A stretch of DNA of 64,000 nucleotides from Raja brachyura (Eukaryota): NCBI GenBank assembly GCA_963514005.1, contig OY740811.1, positions 28,086,001-28,150,000 of the forward strand, written 5' to 3'. Below are positions 40,500 through 52,395 of the stretch, piece after piece. The stretch's first letter is position 1. Every line of letters begins with the position of its first letter. Under the pieces are notes generated by a model that made no database searches, was not told where the DNA came from, and was given only the letters and a program-made list of their open reading frames with translations. Position numbers and translations under genes: made by a program.

Positions 40500-42049
40500 C
40501 TAAGAAGACATCATTTATTTAAATTAAACTTTTACGGGCAGGAAATTTACTGTGTAGTTCAAGAATAACATGGTAGGTAATTTTCACAGGTGTCAGACAT
40601 TTGGACAAACATAGGAAAGTGACAATTGCGAGACAGAAAAACGACCTATCCATTTCACTTACAGATCATTGAAAATAAAAAAGATGTTCCTGACTAACAT
40701 TGGTAAATTATCTCTTCTGATGCGTTGAACAGATACAGACATGAGTTGGGAAAATCACTGTGTTGAGGAGCTTTGTGAACCAAAGGTCCGAAGTCATAGA
40801 CACACACCACTCGTCGTCAGATGTTTCAGAGTATCAAGTAGACATTTTCCTAAACAAAACACAAAATGGTGGAGGAACTCAGCGGATCAGGCAGCATCTG
40901 TGGAAGGAATGCATAGACAGTTTCAAGTTGGGACGCTTCTTCAGAATGATAGGTGCAGAGGGGAGAAAGCTGAAAAAGTGGTGGACAAAACCTCGACCCG
41001 AAACGTCACTCATTCCTTCTCTCCAGAGATGCTGCCTGTCCCGCTGAGTTACTCCAGCTTTTTGTGTCGATCTTCGAGCCACAGGTGAATATAGGTGAGG
41101 AGGGCTTTTGATTGGCAAATGGGTGGAGTAAATGACAAAGATTAGAGGTGAAAAGGAGACAAAGGTGTCAGACAAGGAAAGGAATGAAATTTAAAGTAGG
41201 AAAAGAGCTGTGGGTGGAAAGGGATGGGAGCCTCAGTTGGTGAGTGTACATTTCCCTGAGTTGCCCAAACAATGAGTATATTATATCTGACCACGTTTTA
41301 ACCTGAGATCCCACTTCCAGCAGCTGGATACAATACTCATTGAGATTTATGGCATGCATTCAAGAAATATGAAAAAAAACATTCAGATGGAGAGCTACTC
41401 CACGGGAACACATCCACATTGTGAGGCTGGCACCTGCCAAACCCAACGTGCAACTCCGTAAAATCCAGGACAGCAATGTCAAAACATTACTGTCTCCATC
41501 TGGGCACTTCAGCTTGCTGTGAAAGTGTGATAGCAAGTTCAGATAGGGTGAAGGAGTCTCCTCAGATGTCAAACTAAGGAGTGAGATAAAAACACTAGTG
41601 GTAGAAAATATTATCATGACTAGAATCAGCAACAATTAGACCAATTACTGTGGAATTCTATGGTTTGAAACATGCAACTTGTTGGTTGATTCCCATTAAA
41701 TCTACACTTTTATTAGATCATGACAATGAAATGCCCCAGCTGTAACTCAGTTTTGGATATTTGTTGCACCACATATAAACCATCTGAATCACTTGACTAG
41801 AATGCAACTTATACCTCGATAATATGTATAAAAAACACCCGTACTTCTCAGCTGTAATTCCAGTCTGTAACTTTCTTGATGACTTCTAATATTCTATTTT
41901 TATAATTTATTAATTCACGGCAATTGGGCAAGACTGACAAGGTCAGCATTTATTACCCATTCCAAATTGTTCTTCAGAAGGTCATAATGAATACTTCAAA
42001 TACAAATAAGGCAATCACTATGTGTTGTGCCAGAGGTTAGTGGAGCAAT

Positions 42050-42540
42050 ATAGAAACAAAGGCAAGTTCGACTTGGATCGAATTGAAAAGTCAGAGGTTA
42101 GGCTTAAACTGTACCCAAGTTTGATTCAACCACGATCAGGGTAATGGACGCAGTTTTAATCTCTTTATTTTAAAGATGATTTTGAGATTATGGAGAAAGT
42201 GCAGAGAATTTTTACAAAGATGATACTAGAAATACGAGGGTATGAATATCACAAAAGGACAATGTGACTGGATGGCTATCCTCTTGGGCAAAGATTGAGC
42301 GGTGACCTAACTAAAGATGATGAAAGGTTTTAATTAAGTTAATACCCAGAGAATTTTTGTGGGGAGGAATCTAACCAGAGGCCATCAACATAAAACAGTC
42401 ACTAAGGCATTCAATAGGAAATTCAGAATTTCTTGACCAAAGGCGGTGAGAAAGTGGAATTTGGTACCACATGGGAGTGGTTCAAGCAGATTGTATTGAT
42501 TCATTTAAAGAAAGAAGGACAAGCATTTATGGAAGGGAAT
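42050..42540 (+). mobile_element. Old CR1-type LINE fragment
   Basis: Degenerate EKVQRIFTKMI, TRGHQ and RKWNLVP relics. Confidence 0.55.
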
Positions 42541-42699
42541 TATGCTGATCTAAGGAAAGACAGGAGAAGTGTACCAAAGGTGACAGCAAGAATTGGTTAT
42601 TAATACATGTGTAGGAAATAACTGCAGATGCTGGTTTAAATCAAAGGTAGATCACAAAATGCTTGAGTAACTCAGCATCTCTGGAGAGAAGGAATGGGT

Positions 42700-42727
42700 G
42701 ACGTTTCGGGTTGAGACCCTTCTTCAG
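42700..42727 (-). ncRNA. Penelope-type minimal hammerhead ribozyme core
   Basis: Minus strand CTGAAGA-A-GGGTCTCAACCC-GAAAC-GTC. Confidence 0.65.
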
Positions 42728-43034
42728 ATATACTGCCTGTTTCTGAGCTATGTATCCTATGTAATCCAACATATACCATGATTGATACAAACAAAACCTA
42801 TAATCATACATATAACATGACTGATACATGCAGGCCGTGCACTATTAGAAAACATTTAGCATATACCCATACCTTCAGTGTGACTAATACACACATAACT
42901 GTGCAAAGAACCTCTATACATAAAGTCACCAGCAACATACACATAGAGCACGTGCATGTATTAATGGTGTGAGAGTTATAATATCTCATCAAGGATTGGT
43001 TTTACGCACATAATTTTATTCAGCTGTTACTTAC

Positions 43035-43219
43035 TTCTCACAGCTGGGTACAACAGGCTCCGATCTATCAACATCTTCAAGTGAAGTAGTGTGAATAGAA
43101 AACAAGCCGCCAATCACATACTCTCCTGGTGAGGTTAATATCCCTGAGCATCCTTCTGAGACAACTCTAATTGGCCCCAATATTGTGGAGTAAATATACA
43201 AGAGCAGAAGGAAGTACAT
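43035..43219 (-). CDS. TAS1R6: Taste receptor type 1 gene A (TAS1R1/2-related clade, probably TAS1R6) exon 1
   Basis: Signal peptide MYFLLLLYIYS plus PGEYVIGGLFSIH...C; GTAAGT donor; phase 2. Subfamily name is inferred. Confidence 0.88.
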
Positions 43220-44593
43220 TTTGCTACAGAAATGAGATGGAGCTCTCTGTGCATGGAGGAAGTTGATTTTGCCATTTCAATTTATTTTAAAGAATGCAGT
43301 GTGAGGGATGGCTGAAGAGCCAAATGATTGTTTGCATAATATTTCCATAATATTACCTGTTCACTTAAGTTGGCTCTGATGCACATACATCCCCACATCA
43401 TCACACGGATCCCATTCCTCATCTTCAGCTTGTCCCATGGTTTAAGTCAAGACTGTTTAATTGTCATGGGTCCTGACTTGCAGCAGCTTAATAGACCCGT
43501 AAATGCAATACACACAAAATATATATATTTTTTTAATTCAGTAAATTAATAACTGTATTACCAGTGCAAACCCCCCCAAAGTTTTTAATACAAAGATAGC
43601 CCATAGAGGTTCATAGTTGCTGAGGTTAATGTTGTGTAATGTTCAAGATCCCGAAGGTTGTTGGGAGGATGCTATACTTGAACTTGGTGATCATAGTTTT
43701 TAGGCTCATGTACATTTTCCAGATGGTGGGAGCGAAATAATGCAACCATTCATTATGCTCTCTATCTTGTATCTGTAAAAGTCCAAAAGAATATTCATCG
43801 ACATACTGAATCTTGTCAACCTTCTAAGGAAGTATAGGCATTGATGATATTTAATGTGCTAGGCCCAGGGCAGATCTTCGAGATATGCATGCCCAGGAAC
43901 TTAAAACATGTTGACTCACTCAAATGCCATCTATCAATGAAGACAGGTTTGTGGATTGTTGGCTTTGCCCTCCTAAAATCAACAATCAGCTCTTTGGTTT
44001 TGCTGATGTTGAGGGCAAGATTATTGTTCAGGCACCATTCAATCGGATTTTCAATCTCCCTCCAAAATTCGAAATGGTTCCATGCTACTCAGGGTTGTTG
44101 CAATAATGCTGAGAGTTAATATGCAAATTAAAATGCCCCCCCCCCCCCCCCCCCACTGTTACCACCATCCTTCTAAGTGAAGGCACAATATTCCCCAAAA
44201 AGTCAGAGGCAGGATGAATGGGTTTGCTGGGTAGATAGATGGCTTTAAGGGATTTGATGTTGAAGTTGGAAGTTTGGATCGGTGGGTTTACCCTTTGCCT
44301 AAGGGACTTTCCTTGTTTCTACGTTTGTATCAAACGTTTGTGCCCTTTCTCTTGCTATGAACCAGGTTCATAAAAAACACTGACCTTGGATTACTTTTAA
44401 CCGGAAATATAATTCATTGGTTAGTTGAACATCATTCAGCATGTGTAATATATGCAAATATTCTCAAATTAGGTAACCTAATTATTTGATTACAAAGAAA
44501 ACAGATAAAAATGTCCACAAATAAAGTCGTGAATTTTCTGTTTGCACAGTAGGAAAAGACCAATTACTGTTGCGATACCTTTTGTCGGTTAAA
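43220..44593. promoter_or_regulatory. Divergent TAS1R promoter region with POU octamer motifs
   Basis: ATGCAAAT at 44452-44459 and 44121-44128; near-octamers ATGCAAAC (43330-43337) and ATGGAAAT (43341-43348) on -. Confidence 0.65.
43445..44070 (-). mobile_element. Degraded LINE 3' fragment (Rex1/L2-like) inside the divergent promoter
   Basis: Minus strand WCLNNNLALNISKTKELIVDFR...FKFLG. Confidence 0.65.
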
Positions 44594-44790
44594 ATGACTT
44601 GTTACATTTTGCAGCCGGGTTTCTATTTACTGCTGGCCGCGGCTTCTCTAACCGAGGCATCAGGAGTTCATGGAATCAATGCAGAGTACATGATGTCTGG
44701 AGACTACATCCTTGGAGCTCTGTTCCCTTTTCATGAGAATAGCATTGGTCTAGCTCATCGGCTGAAGCCTGAAAGGGTGACTTGCAACAG
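44594..44790 (+). CDS. TAS1R4: Taste receptor type 1 gene B (TAS1R3-related clade, probably TAS1R4) exon 1
   Basis: Signal peptide, SGDYILGALFPFH...VTCN; donor GTAGGA at 44791; phase 2. Subfamily name is inferred. Confidence 0.88.
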
Positions 44791-45598
44791 GTAGGAAACT
44801 ATCATCTTTAAATTCTCTCTTCACCTGAAGATGTGGACCTTCCACTCGAGTGGTAGCATCCACCTTCCCAGAAGGTGCTTTCCAGGGCTCAGTGCTCCCT
44901 GATTTTACCGGCACCCAAAGTGGCTAGCCTGCACATTTTCTTTCAAGCACTCTAGTTTTTTTTTTAAATCCAAGATTGAATCCACGACTGCCCCCTTTCC
45001 AGACCCTAACTACTCACTACATAAAAAGGGCTTATTTCGTTTTACATTTTGCCAATCACCTTCTTTCTCTGATCACTATGGTAGTGTAATGATTATGTTT
45101 CTGGACGAGCAGCCAGAGATTTGATTCTCACTGTGGCATTTAGAGAATTTAAATTGATTAAATGTCTGGAATTTCATAAAATCCAGACTTGGTAATGGTA
45201 ACCGTTGGATGGAACTATTGAAACTATTCAATAGTTCATGAAACTATGAGATTGTGCAAGAAACCTATTAGGTTCATTAATGCTTGTGATTAACTAGTCT
45301 GACCTACACATGACTCTAGACCTATCAATTAAATTGCAAAAGTAGTTAACTCTTCAATGTCCAGAAACCAACAATAAACAAGTCCAACAGTTTTATACAA
45401 TAATCAACATTAATTGTCCCATCAGATTCCTTATCTGAGTCCACTGAAGCAGTAGCAGTGAGGGACTCCCAGCAGTTGGCATGTGAGCCACTCTTTCCCC
45501 TGGGCCTGGCAGCAGTCCAGACGTGTCTGATGGCACATCATCCTCTAATCCAACTTCAACTGGATATATTTTTTCCATCGTATATTCTTCTGTCCGTG

Positions 45599-45601
<3 letters not shown>

Positions 45602-45660
<59 letters not shown>
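45602..45660. repeat. (CT)n microsatellite
   Basis: Seen directly in the sequence. Confidence 0.95.
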
Positions 45661-45712
45661 AATGCAATCATTAGGTTTTCTGAGCTGATACCTGGACCTG
45701 TTGTTTATCTCT

Positions 45713-46508
45713 TTTAAAATAAAAAAAAATTTTGTTTAAAATAAGTACAATGGTGTGGTACTTAAGTACCTAATACATACATACATATTTTCATTCTTGT
45801 ACAACTTCGTATTTTTAATTTAATAATAAAAGAACAGTGAAAGAATAAAGAAATAAAGAGTGTTGGAATAGATAGACAAGCGAGTAGAAACAGATAGCGA
45901 AAGAAATAAAGAACAGAGATGAAAAGCTAAAAAGATTGAAAGAAAAAGAGAAAGTGGAGAAAAGAGAGATTAGGAGAGATCTACCTATTTTGTATTTTTG
46001 CCCATCCGTCACCCGGTTCTGAACCATTTAATTTCTAAGGTTGTGTTATGTTGCACCATATGCTTGTAAAAAGTTGATAAAAGGAGGCCAAGTCTTTAAG
46101 AATTGGTCTACTTTGCCTAGTAGGAGGAATCTCATTTCTTCAAGATGTAGCGTTTCCGACATATTTGAAATCCACATTTTGAACGTTGGCGTCGTTGCGT
46201 TCTTCCAGAATTTGAGTATAGGTTTTTTTGCTGTTATTAAACCGTAATTAAGAAGAGCTTCTTGGAATATAGTTAGTTTACTTCCCTCTTCCATTGATCC
46301 AAAGACAATCAGTTCTGTATTAGGGTTCAATTTTGTGTTAAATAGTTTTGTAAAAGTTCCAAAAATTTCATTCCAAAATTTATGCAGTTTTGTACAAGAG
46401 ACAAAGAAATGTGCTATAGTGGCATTTTGAGTTAGACATTTGTCACAGATGGGGGAAACATTTGAAAATATTTTATTCGGTCTAGTTTTCGAATAATATA
46501 ATCTACTC
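45713..46508 (-). mobile_element. 5'-truncated L1-clade LINE
   Basis: ORF2 C-terminus with CCHC-type motif CDKC...HFFVSC...FW; TSD TTGTTTATCTCT at 45701-45712 and 46509-46520. Confidence 0.82.
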
Positions 46509-46527
46509 TTGTTTATCTCTGTTTCAG

Positions 46528-46828
46528 CTTTTACCCTTATGGTTATGGAATGTTTCTGGCAATGGCGTTTGCGATCGATGAGATAAATAACTCTACCTCC
46601 CTATTGCCGGGCATACATCTGGGTTATGAAATCCACGATGACTGTTTCGAGACACTGGCTTCCATCCTGCCAACTCTTCTATTTTTATCCAATGACAGAA
46701 GGAATGAGATTGATGTGCTCTGCAATTACACAGAGTACAGGGGCAGTGCAATAGCTCTGGTGGGACCATGGACTTCGGATCAGGCAATGATCACAGCCAA
46801 ATTGTTAAGCTTATTTTTATTTCCACAA
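46528..46828 (+). CDS. TAS1R4: TAS1R gene B exon 2
   Basis: FLAMAFAIDEINNSTSLLPGIHLGYEIHDDC...CNYTEY...LVGPWTSD...FPQ; AG/GTAAGT boundaries. Confidence 0.92.
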
Positions 46829-47238
46829 GTAAGTAATTCATGGTTTGCTATATGGTTGGAGACATCAGAAAACAAGCAGTAGTGAATCGGTACCAAGTTT
46901 TACATTCTGTTGAAATGTGTGGAAATGGAAACCAGGTTTAGTCTAAAATCTGCTGCTGTTGCGCTTTTTGCCTCTGTCAACCAACAATCGTTTATTGTGC
47001 TTTTTGCAAAGTGAATCTCCGCCAGTCTCCTATTAACCAGCTGCGTCCCAGGTTCAGCTCATTTGTGTTGACATGGTTGATTTCAAACAATAGTCTGGCT
47101 TCAGTTATCTTCAGTTTACAATCATGGCCAACTAACTCCTGGGGCGGGAATAGGGGAATCAGTTGAGTTGAAAGAAAGTTTGGGATAGGGAAGATGTAAC
47201 CTGTGAAGATATAATAATGGGAATCTCCTTCTTTCTAG

Positions 47239-48045
47239 GTCAGTTACGGGGCCTCCAGTGCCCAATTAAAAAATAAGAAGATCTTTCCATCGTTCCTGAG
47301 AATGATGCCTAGTGACGATGACCAAGCCATAGCCATTGTCTCTATTGTCAGGAAGTTCAAGTGGAATTGGATTGTTGGAATTGGGAGTGATGACGAATAT
47401 GGCCGACAGGGGATAGACCTGGTTCAGAGCTATGCAGCACTCGAAGGCATCTGTGTAGGCTTCATTGAGAAGATCCCTACCTACCTCAGTCTGCCCAGCA
47501 GCAGCCAGAAAATCTCAGAAATTGTGGACCATATCCGAAAAATCAATGTAAATGTCATCATTCTCTTCTCCAGTGAAGGGCCAGCTCATCAACTGCTCAA
47601 GCAGGCAATCAAGATGAACATCACCAGGAAAGTCTGGATTGCAAGTGAAGCCTGGGTTAAATCGGATGCTGTAATCCACATGCCAGGCATTGAGAGCATT
47701 GGCACAGTAATTGGTACAGTCATTAACAGCGGCAGCATGCCAGGTTTCGAAGGTTACGTTTTAAACCATCTCACCAATGTCATGGATTGGAGAGAAAAGA
47801 GATACGGTACAGAGTACCGTGGCAATCACACTGTTCCTTTTTGGCCATATCCCACTTCACATAAGCTCCTCAGTTCTGTTCAGCACCTGTCTCCTGATAA
47901 CCTGTCCATTGTGTTGGATCAGCCAGTAAGACGGGACACGTTCAGTGTGTACACGGCCGTGTACAGTATTGCACATGCACTACATACCCTGCTTGGGTGC
48001 CACACTGGAAGATGCCAAACTTCAACCAAATGGTACAACTGGCAG
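47239..48045 (+). CDS. TAS1R4: TAS1R gene B exon 3
   Basis: VSYGASS...FPSFLRMMPSD...WNWIVGIGSDDEYGRQG...WIASEAW...VYSIAHALHTLLGC; 807 nt. Confidence 0.93.
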
Positions 48046-48259
48046 GTACAAGTTTTTCCATGTTTGTGCACAGGGTTAAAAATAGCCCGAAGATCTGATT
48101 TGTTTCTGGACTATACGCCATCTGACCATAGGGTCTGACCACTGGATTCCTGTAACCATTTTCTTTGCCCTCAGGACTCCTCAAAAGTGATCATAAATTC
48201 CACAGTGGTGTGAGTTATTAATCTGTTGCATTAAACAATGACATGACACCCTTGCAATG

Positions 48260-48274
48260 TATATATATATATTA

Positions 48275-48353
<79 letters not shown>

Positions 48354-48355
48354 TA
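48260..48355. repeat. (TA)n(CA)n compound microsatellite
   Basis: Seen directly in the sequence. Confidence 0.95.
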
Positions 48356-49248
48356 CAAACTTAGTCCTGGGCTTGTCAAGAGATATGGCTGACTCCAGTA
48401 GCTCAGACCATCTGTGGATTGGATCAGTTCTGGCTAGTGTGGTGGAGAGACAGGACTCTCAGTGGTCTGAGGTTGAGCATCCTCATCCTTGATAAATTGC
48501 CAACATAAAACATAAAAAACGTTGAAACAGCCCAATTGGGGCTGGGGCAGTTGGGGCTGGGGTCTGTAGGCATGCAATAAGTGAGTGTTTGTCGATTATC
48601 AATGAAAACATTCGCTGGGAGAATGCTTCAGGAATACCTCCTGGATGACAAGATCTTAACTGCTCAATGAGAAAAAATCATGTTTTGAATCTGTCTTAAA
48701 TATAATACAAAATGCATTTATTTTCCAGAATTAATGGATTGCTGCTTGAATTTAATATATCTTCAAGAAAAGGGGAATGCGAGGATGGTGTTAAAAGAAT
48801 GATGTTAAAGATCAAAGAGTGAAAGCCTAGCTGGGTGCCCCTTTCTAACTAAGCTCACTTTAAAACCGTCACATTCATGAGGCAGGATTTAGGCCCAAAA
48901 TACTTATCATCTCTTCCTGCTGCTCCTAAACTACTTAAAAACCTGAGGCACTTGTTGTGCTAAATGCGGAATTTTATAGCCGTGTAATGTACAAAGAGCC
49001 CAGCAGAACGAATGAACCTCCTGAGCTCCTAATATAGCAGGCAGGAAATGCATGCAGATTGCTGGCTGGAAGTGTATCTCCTACCACATTATGTCTGGGT
49101 AGCACAAGCAGTATAGCTGCCCAAAGATGACATGCTAAGTGGGAACACTGCTAAGTGTAGTGCAGTGTTCCTGCTTTCAAGCTTGATTTGATTAGTAGGC
49201 CAACAATTTCTTGTCAGTATCACTTCTTGACTGATTTTCTTTTGACAG

Positions 49249-49452
49249 CTGTTGGAAGAGTTAAAGCGAGTTAACATCAGTATCCATGGCACTGCCATTT
49301 CTTTCAATGCTGAAGGAAATACACAGAGAGGTTATGACGTAATTACCTGGACCCAGCACTCAGGACAGTTCCAACTACCAGTGATTGGTAGTTACAACGA
49401 TGATTTGACAATCAATGCTTCTCAAATTCAGTGGAAGACAGACAATAATGAG
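49249..49452 (+). CDS. TAS1R4: TAS1R gene B exon 4
   Basis: LLEELKRVN...FNAEGNTQRGYDVITW...IQWKTDNNE; 204 nt. Confidence 0.92.
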
Positions 49453-49976
49453 GTAAAGTACAGTGACATGTATACTAAACATTGCCTATCCACCATTCTC
49501 TGTAGTCCATCTCTGCCTTCAGCTTGCTGGACCCTATGCTTTAAAATCACCTCCCTCAATCTCTTTGTTTTTCCTTAGTCATCTGTTCTATTTTTTGCTT
49601 CAATGTCTCTTGTTTGGCTCAATGTCAAAATTTTGGTCTCATGACATTGCTGCAAAATGCATTGGAATGTTTTATCATGGCAAAGTTGCTACATAAAGGC
49701 AAGCTGGAGCTGGAATCCCCCTCATGTAGTGGTCATCATTCCTGTTCTCAGTTTTGCCCCTATAAATCCAACTGACACACATTTATGTATGTCAGACAGT
49801 TGATTCATGCAGTCATTGCTTGGTTTGGCTGAAGAATGTCAAGCGCAACTGAATCTTGCTATCTTCTGCCAAAACTGCCCACTATGTCCCCTAATGGACT
49901 CCGATTCATCCATCTGGAATATTTTTCTCCTCCTCCCCTTCCACACTCACCTCCCACAACAAATAAGACTGAGAAT

Positions 49977-50004
49977 CTGAAGAGGGGTCTCGACCCGAAA
50001 CGTC
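49977..50004 (+). ncRNA. Penelope-type minimal hammerhead ribozyme core
   Basis: CTGAAGA-G-GGGTCTCGACCC-GAAAC-GTC; core and stem II intact, stem I weak. Confidence 0.65.
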
Positions 50005-51195
50005 ACCTACTCCTTTACTCTAGAAATGCTGCCTGGCCCGCTGAGTTACTCCAGCATTTTGTGTCTATCAACAAATGAATTTTGTAGAATTCATTGCTAC
50101 CAAGGTTGAATCACTGAGACATTCCCCCTCTTCTCCCACATCACAAAACCAAATGTCTTCCTTATCTTGGTCCTGAACCTTCATCTTTCTTGTCTCCCCT
50201 CATAACCTTCATCATGTATTGTCTATTGGTACTTATGTGACACATTATGAAATGCTTTATCTAAAAAATGCAAAATTACGCAAGTTATTGTTGTATTAGT
50301 CATATTTGTTTTCCAAGCAATTGGTGCTTTATTGACTTCATTAGGAACCTATCAACTGCAGTATAAACCTTCCTTCCACTGCAATGATCAGGGAGATCAT
50401 CCTACACTGGGGCACAGGTATTTATGACTCCCACAACTTATACCGTTTTATTACTAAAATGACAACCCACAATATTTGAGCCAGGGGTCAATAGTTTTAT
50501 GGTTCAAGCTTTGTTTGCACGTTTTTCTTGGATCCTATTAGATTACTTATGAAATGTTTTGTATCTGAGTTTATCTTTTGCTAATTAAGATTCCAATCAA
50601 TTACTTGTACCTTGGAATTTATATTCCATATGCAAATCACCATACCCCCTGTTAGAATTGAAATTCAGATGATTTATATATAAAGAATTCCCTTGTCTTG
50701 AATGAAGACTGGAATTTAATAACTGTTCAGCGATTCATGCAGTTTAGATATAGACGTTGATCATACTGAATAGCAGGGGGGATATGAGGGGCCGAGTGGC
50801 CTAACCCTACTTTTATGTATCTATTTCTTGTATCAAATGCTGATTACACGCAAACATTCAATAATACATTTTGGAAGGTTTCTCCAGGTCTGTTTGACAC
50901 TGGATTCTGACTACATTCTGATTCCAAGACAAGAACATTGCCACTGGGTCAAGGAGCTGTTCCAGTCACTAGGTTCATTTCAGTAATCCTTTTAACCATT
51001 GTCAGGCTCTTTGACCCAAATCAGTGGAGCAAATCTAAATGATATTTTAGTCAGTACCACTGGGCCATAAACACACTTAGATATTTGCTGTTTGCCTCAC
51101 AGAGAACCCATGAGCCCTGGTACTCCAGGTTGTTTACAAGCATCAATAGAACAGTGAGAGTAGGCAACTAACAAGCATGCTACCTATATCCACAG

Positions 51196-51316
51196 ATTCC
51201 TCAGTCATACTGTTCCAAGAGTTGTGGCCCAGGCCAGAAGAAAATTGTCGTCAGCCTTTACTCCTGCTGTTTTGAATGTGAAGACTGTCCAAGTGGATCC
51301 TTCCAGAACTCAACTG
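51196..51316 (+). CDS. TAS1R4: TAS1R gene B exon 5 (cysteine-rich domain)
   Basis: IPQSYCSKSCGPGQKKIVVSLYSCCFECEDCPSGSFQNST (not in the ORF track); 121 nt; AG/GTGAGA boundaries. Confidence 0.92.
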
Positions 51317-52217
51317 GTGAGACAAAATATTTATCTTCTGACACATGTGAACCACGAAAGATCAAAGGAATTGGAACAGATCATTCTCTGTGAACAGAAA
51401 ATCCATATTTATAGATATTGGGCGCATATGTCAAGAGTAAAAGGAGAGTAAATGGTGATATCTAATTGAGAGATTTCAATATTCTATATATAATAATGGA
51501 TACATAATCAAAGGGTTCAAGTACTGAGCACATGGGAGTGAATTATAGATGAAATATAATTTAGGGCTTTGGGGTCATATTAATGGACTAAGATTTACCA
51601 AGAGTGAGTTACAGTCCTGAATCCAATCAAGGAGTTATAAAGTCATAGAATCATAACAGCACGGAAGGAATAAAGTCCTATCCTGCCCAACCTCCCCCTG
51701 TAGCTCAGGCTCTCAAGTCCTGGCAACATCCTTGTAACTCTTCTCTGCAGTCTTTCCAGCCTAATGACCTCTTCCCTTCGGAAGGATGACCCAAACTGAT
51801 CACAATACTCAAAATGTGGCCTCATCAATGTCTTGTACAATTATAACATAACATCCCAACTTCTATACTCAATACCCTGACTGATGAAGGCCAATATACT
51901 TAAAGCTTCTTGAACACCCTATCTACCTGTGGTGCTACTTTCAAGGAACTATGTACCTACACTCCTAGGTCACTCTGCACTACACCTCCCCAGTGCCATG
52001 TCAGGGGCTGTGCAGGCCCTGCCCTAGTTTGACATCTCAAAATGCAACACCTCGCACTTATCTGCATTAAACTCCATTAACCATTCCTCAGCCCACTCGT
52101 CCAACTGATCAAGATCCTGTTGTGATTTTTGATAATCATCTTCACTCTCTACAGCAGCACCCGATGTTGACCTTATTGTCTGAGTGTCTAAAGTGTCTAA
52201 ATTGACCTAAAGTGTCT

Positions 52218-52357
52218 TCTTCTTCTTGCGTATGGCGTGTACAGCCTAAGGTTGTAGGACAACTTGTTCTATTTGATCTTATTTGATTGTGCACGCCGGG
52301 TTGATTGCATTCGTCGAAACAGGGTGGACCACGTGAAGGTTGCAATCTTCCACCCCG
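52218..52357 (-). mobile_element. Ribozyme-headed short non-autonomous retroposon (SINE-like) with (GAA)n tail
   Basis: TSD CCTAAA(G/C)TGTCT at 52206-52217 and 52358-52369; 3' GAAGAAGAA tail; 5' end coincides with the predicted cleavage site. Confidence 0.8.
52303..52356 (-). ncRNA. Minimal HDV-like (CPEB3-type) self-cleaving ribozyme motif
   Basis: P1 GGGGUGG/CCACCCU, P2 GAUUGCA/UGCAAUC, P3 ACC/GGU, L3 UUCACGU, J4/2 CGAA; nested double-pseudoknot order intact. Confidence 0.85.
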
Positions 52358-52367
52358 CCTAAACTGT

Positions 52368-52395
52368 CTGAAGAAGGTTCTCGACCAGAAACGTC
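52368..52395 (+). ncRNA. Penelope-type hammerhead ribozyme core (slightly degenerate)
   Basis: CTGAAGA-A-GGTTCTCGACC-A-GAAAC-GTC inside a fragment (52178-52499) flanked by the direct repeat TTGACCTTATT. Confidence 0.55.

Noticed and set aside
52270-52290. TAAGATCAA similarity to U2 snRNA
   Set aside because: Only 9 nt with no further U2 match; it lies in the body of the ribozyme SINE
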